A DNA stretch of 64,000 nucleotides from Podarcis vaucheri (taxonomy: Eukaryota), in the NCBI GenBank assembly GCA_965113315.1, contig OZ220366.1. One strand, 5' to 3'. How positions within the stretch are numbered: the first letter of the stretch is position 1; every line of letters starts with the position of its first letter. The notes below the pieces were generated by a model. That model worked only from the letters and a program-made list of their open reading frames with translations, was not told where the DNA came from and ran no database searches. Positions 63,448-64,000 of this stretch are shown here, in pieces. Position numbers and translations under genes: made by a program.

Positions 63448-63930
63448 GCTGCATTGCCAAAGTCAGAGAAATGCACATTTGAAGGAAAGACACATTTCAG
63501 TTTATGTATTGTTTGGGGAATGTCACTGCAAGCTGATTCACAGTAAAATGCAAACTGGACTGCATTTAATTCCCATCTCTCATCCCTGTCCATTCCACTG
63601 TCCTGGTTTCTGTTTGACTGCCATACAAAGTGGAAGAATCCTCATTGTCTTCCACCACCATTTTGCAAGCATTTGTTGCATCACATCCTTGACATTGTAG
63701 AAAGCCCCCTGTAAGAGGTCCACATACCTTTCCTGAATTTTTACTTTCAGGCCAGAATTTCTTGGATTGAAGGGGCTTTTGACCGCTGAGTAAATTATTC
63801 CATTTCTCCTCAGTTTCATATTTGCATGCTTATAGATTTTATGAGCTTATATAGTATGACTAAGTTACAGTGTGCATTGTATTGAAATAGCTTTTGGGGG
63901 AAAGTGGGATTTTAAAAATGCAATTCATAA

Positions 63931-64000
63931 CGTAAAATCTGGGTAACCGGGTTCGCGTCTCCGCTCCTCCACATGCAGCTGCTGGGTGACCTTGGGCCAG
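63931..64000 (+). mobile_element. Squam3-like SINE, 5'-truncated, running off the window
   Basis: ccgggttcgcgtctccgctcctccacatgcagctgctgggtgaccttgggccag is nearly the reverse complement of part of the 45812 copy. Confidence 0.85.

Noticed and set aside
446-63819. The many 60-200 aa ORFs in the six-frame track as host genes
   Set aside because: They show no recognisable domains and many use non-ATG starts. They are antisense or alternative frames of TEs, microsatellite translations, or chance ORFs.

Overview
This is a 64-kb AT-rich vertebrate genomic window with no recognisable host protein-coding exon, rRNA, true tRNA or CRISPR array, so it is probably intergenic or deep intronic. The repeat complement points to a squamate reptile, most likely a lacertid lizard (inference from recalled repeat families, not a database search). 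It includes BovB/RTE LINEs, Sauria SINEs, Squam3-like and tRNA/CR1-tail SINEs, CR1, L2, a solo LTR, Tigger/pogo and hAT MITEs, and microsatellites. The only long coding remnants are transposon-derived: a Tigger (pogo-family, DD36D) transposase pseudogene, a CR1 RT fragment, two BovB ORF fragments and L2 fragments. The most informative structure is a ~1.38-kb inversion (54321-55700) whose breakpoints fall inside the Tigger 5' region and inside a Sauria SINE head; flipping it restores both elements. Also notable are an internally deleted, TSD-flanked BovB with an in-frame 5'/3' ORF fusion, and a CR1 5' junction carrying a 21-bp copy of DNA found 1.1 kb away. I found no evidence of a new multi-gene biological system.
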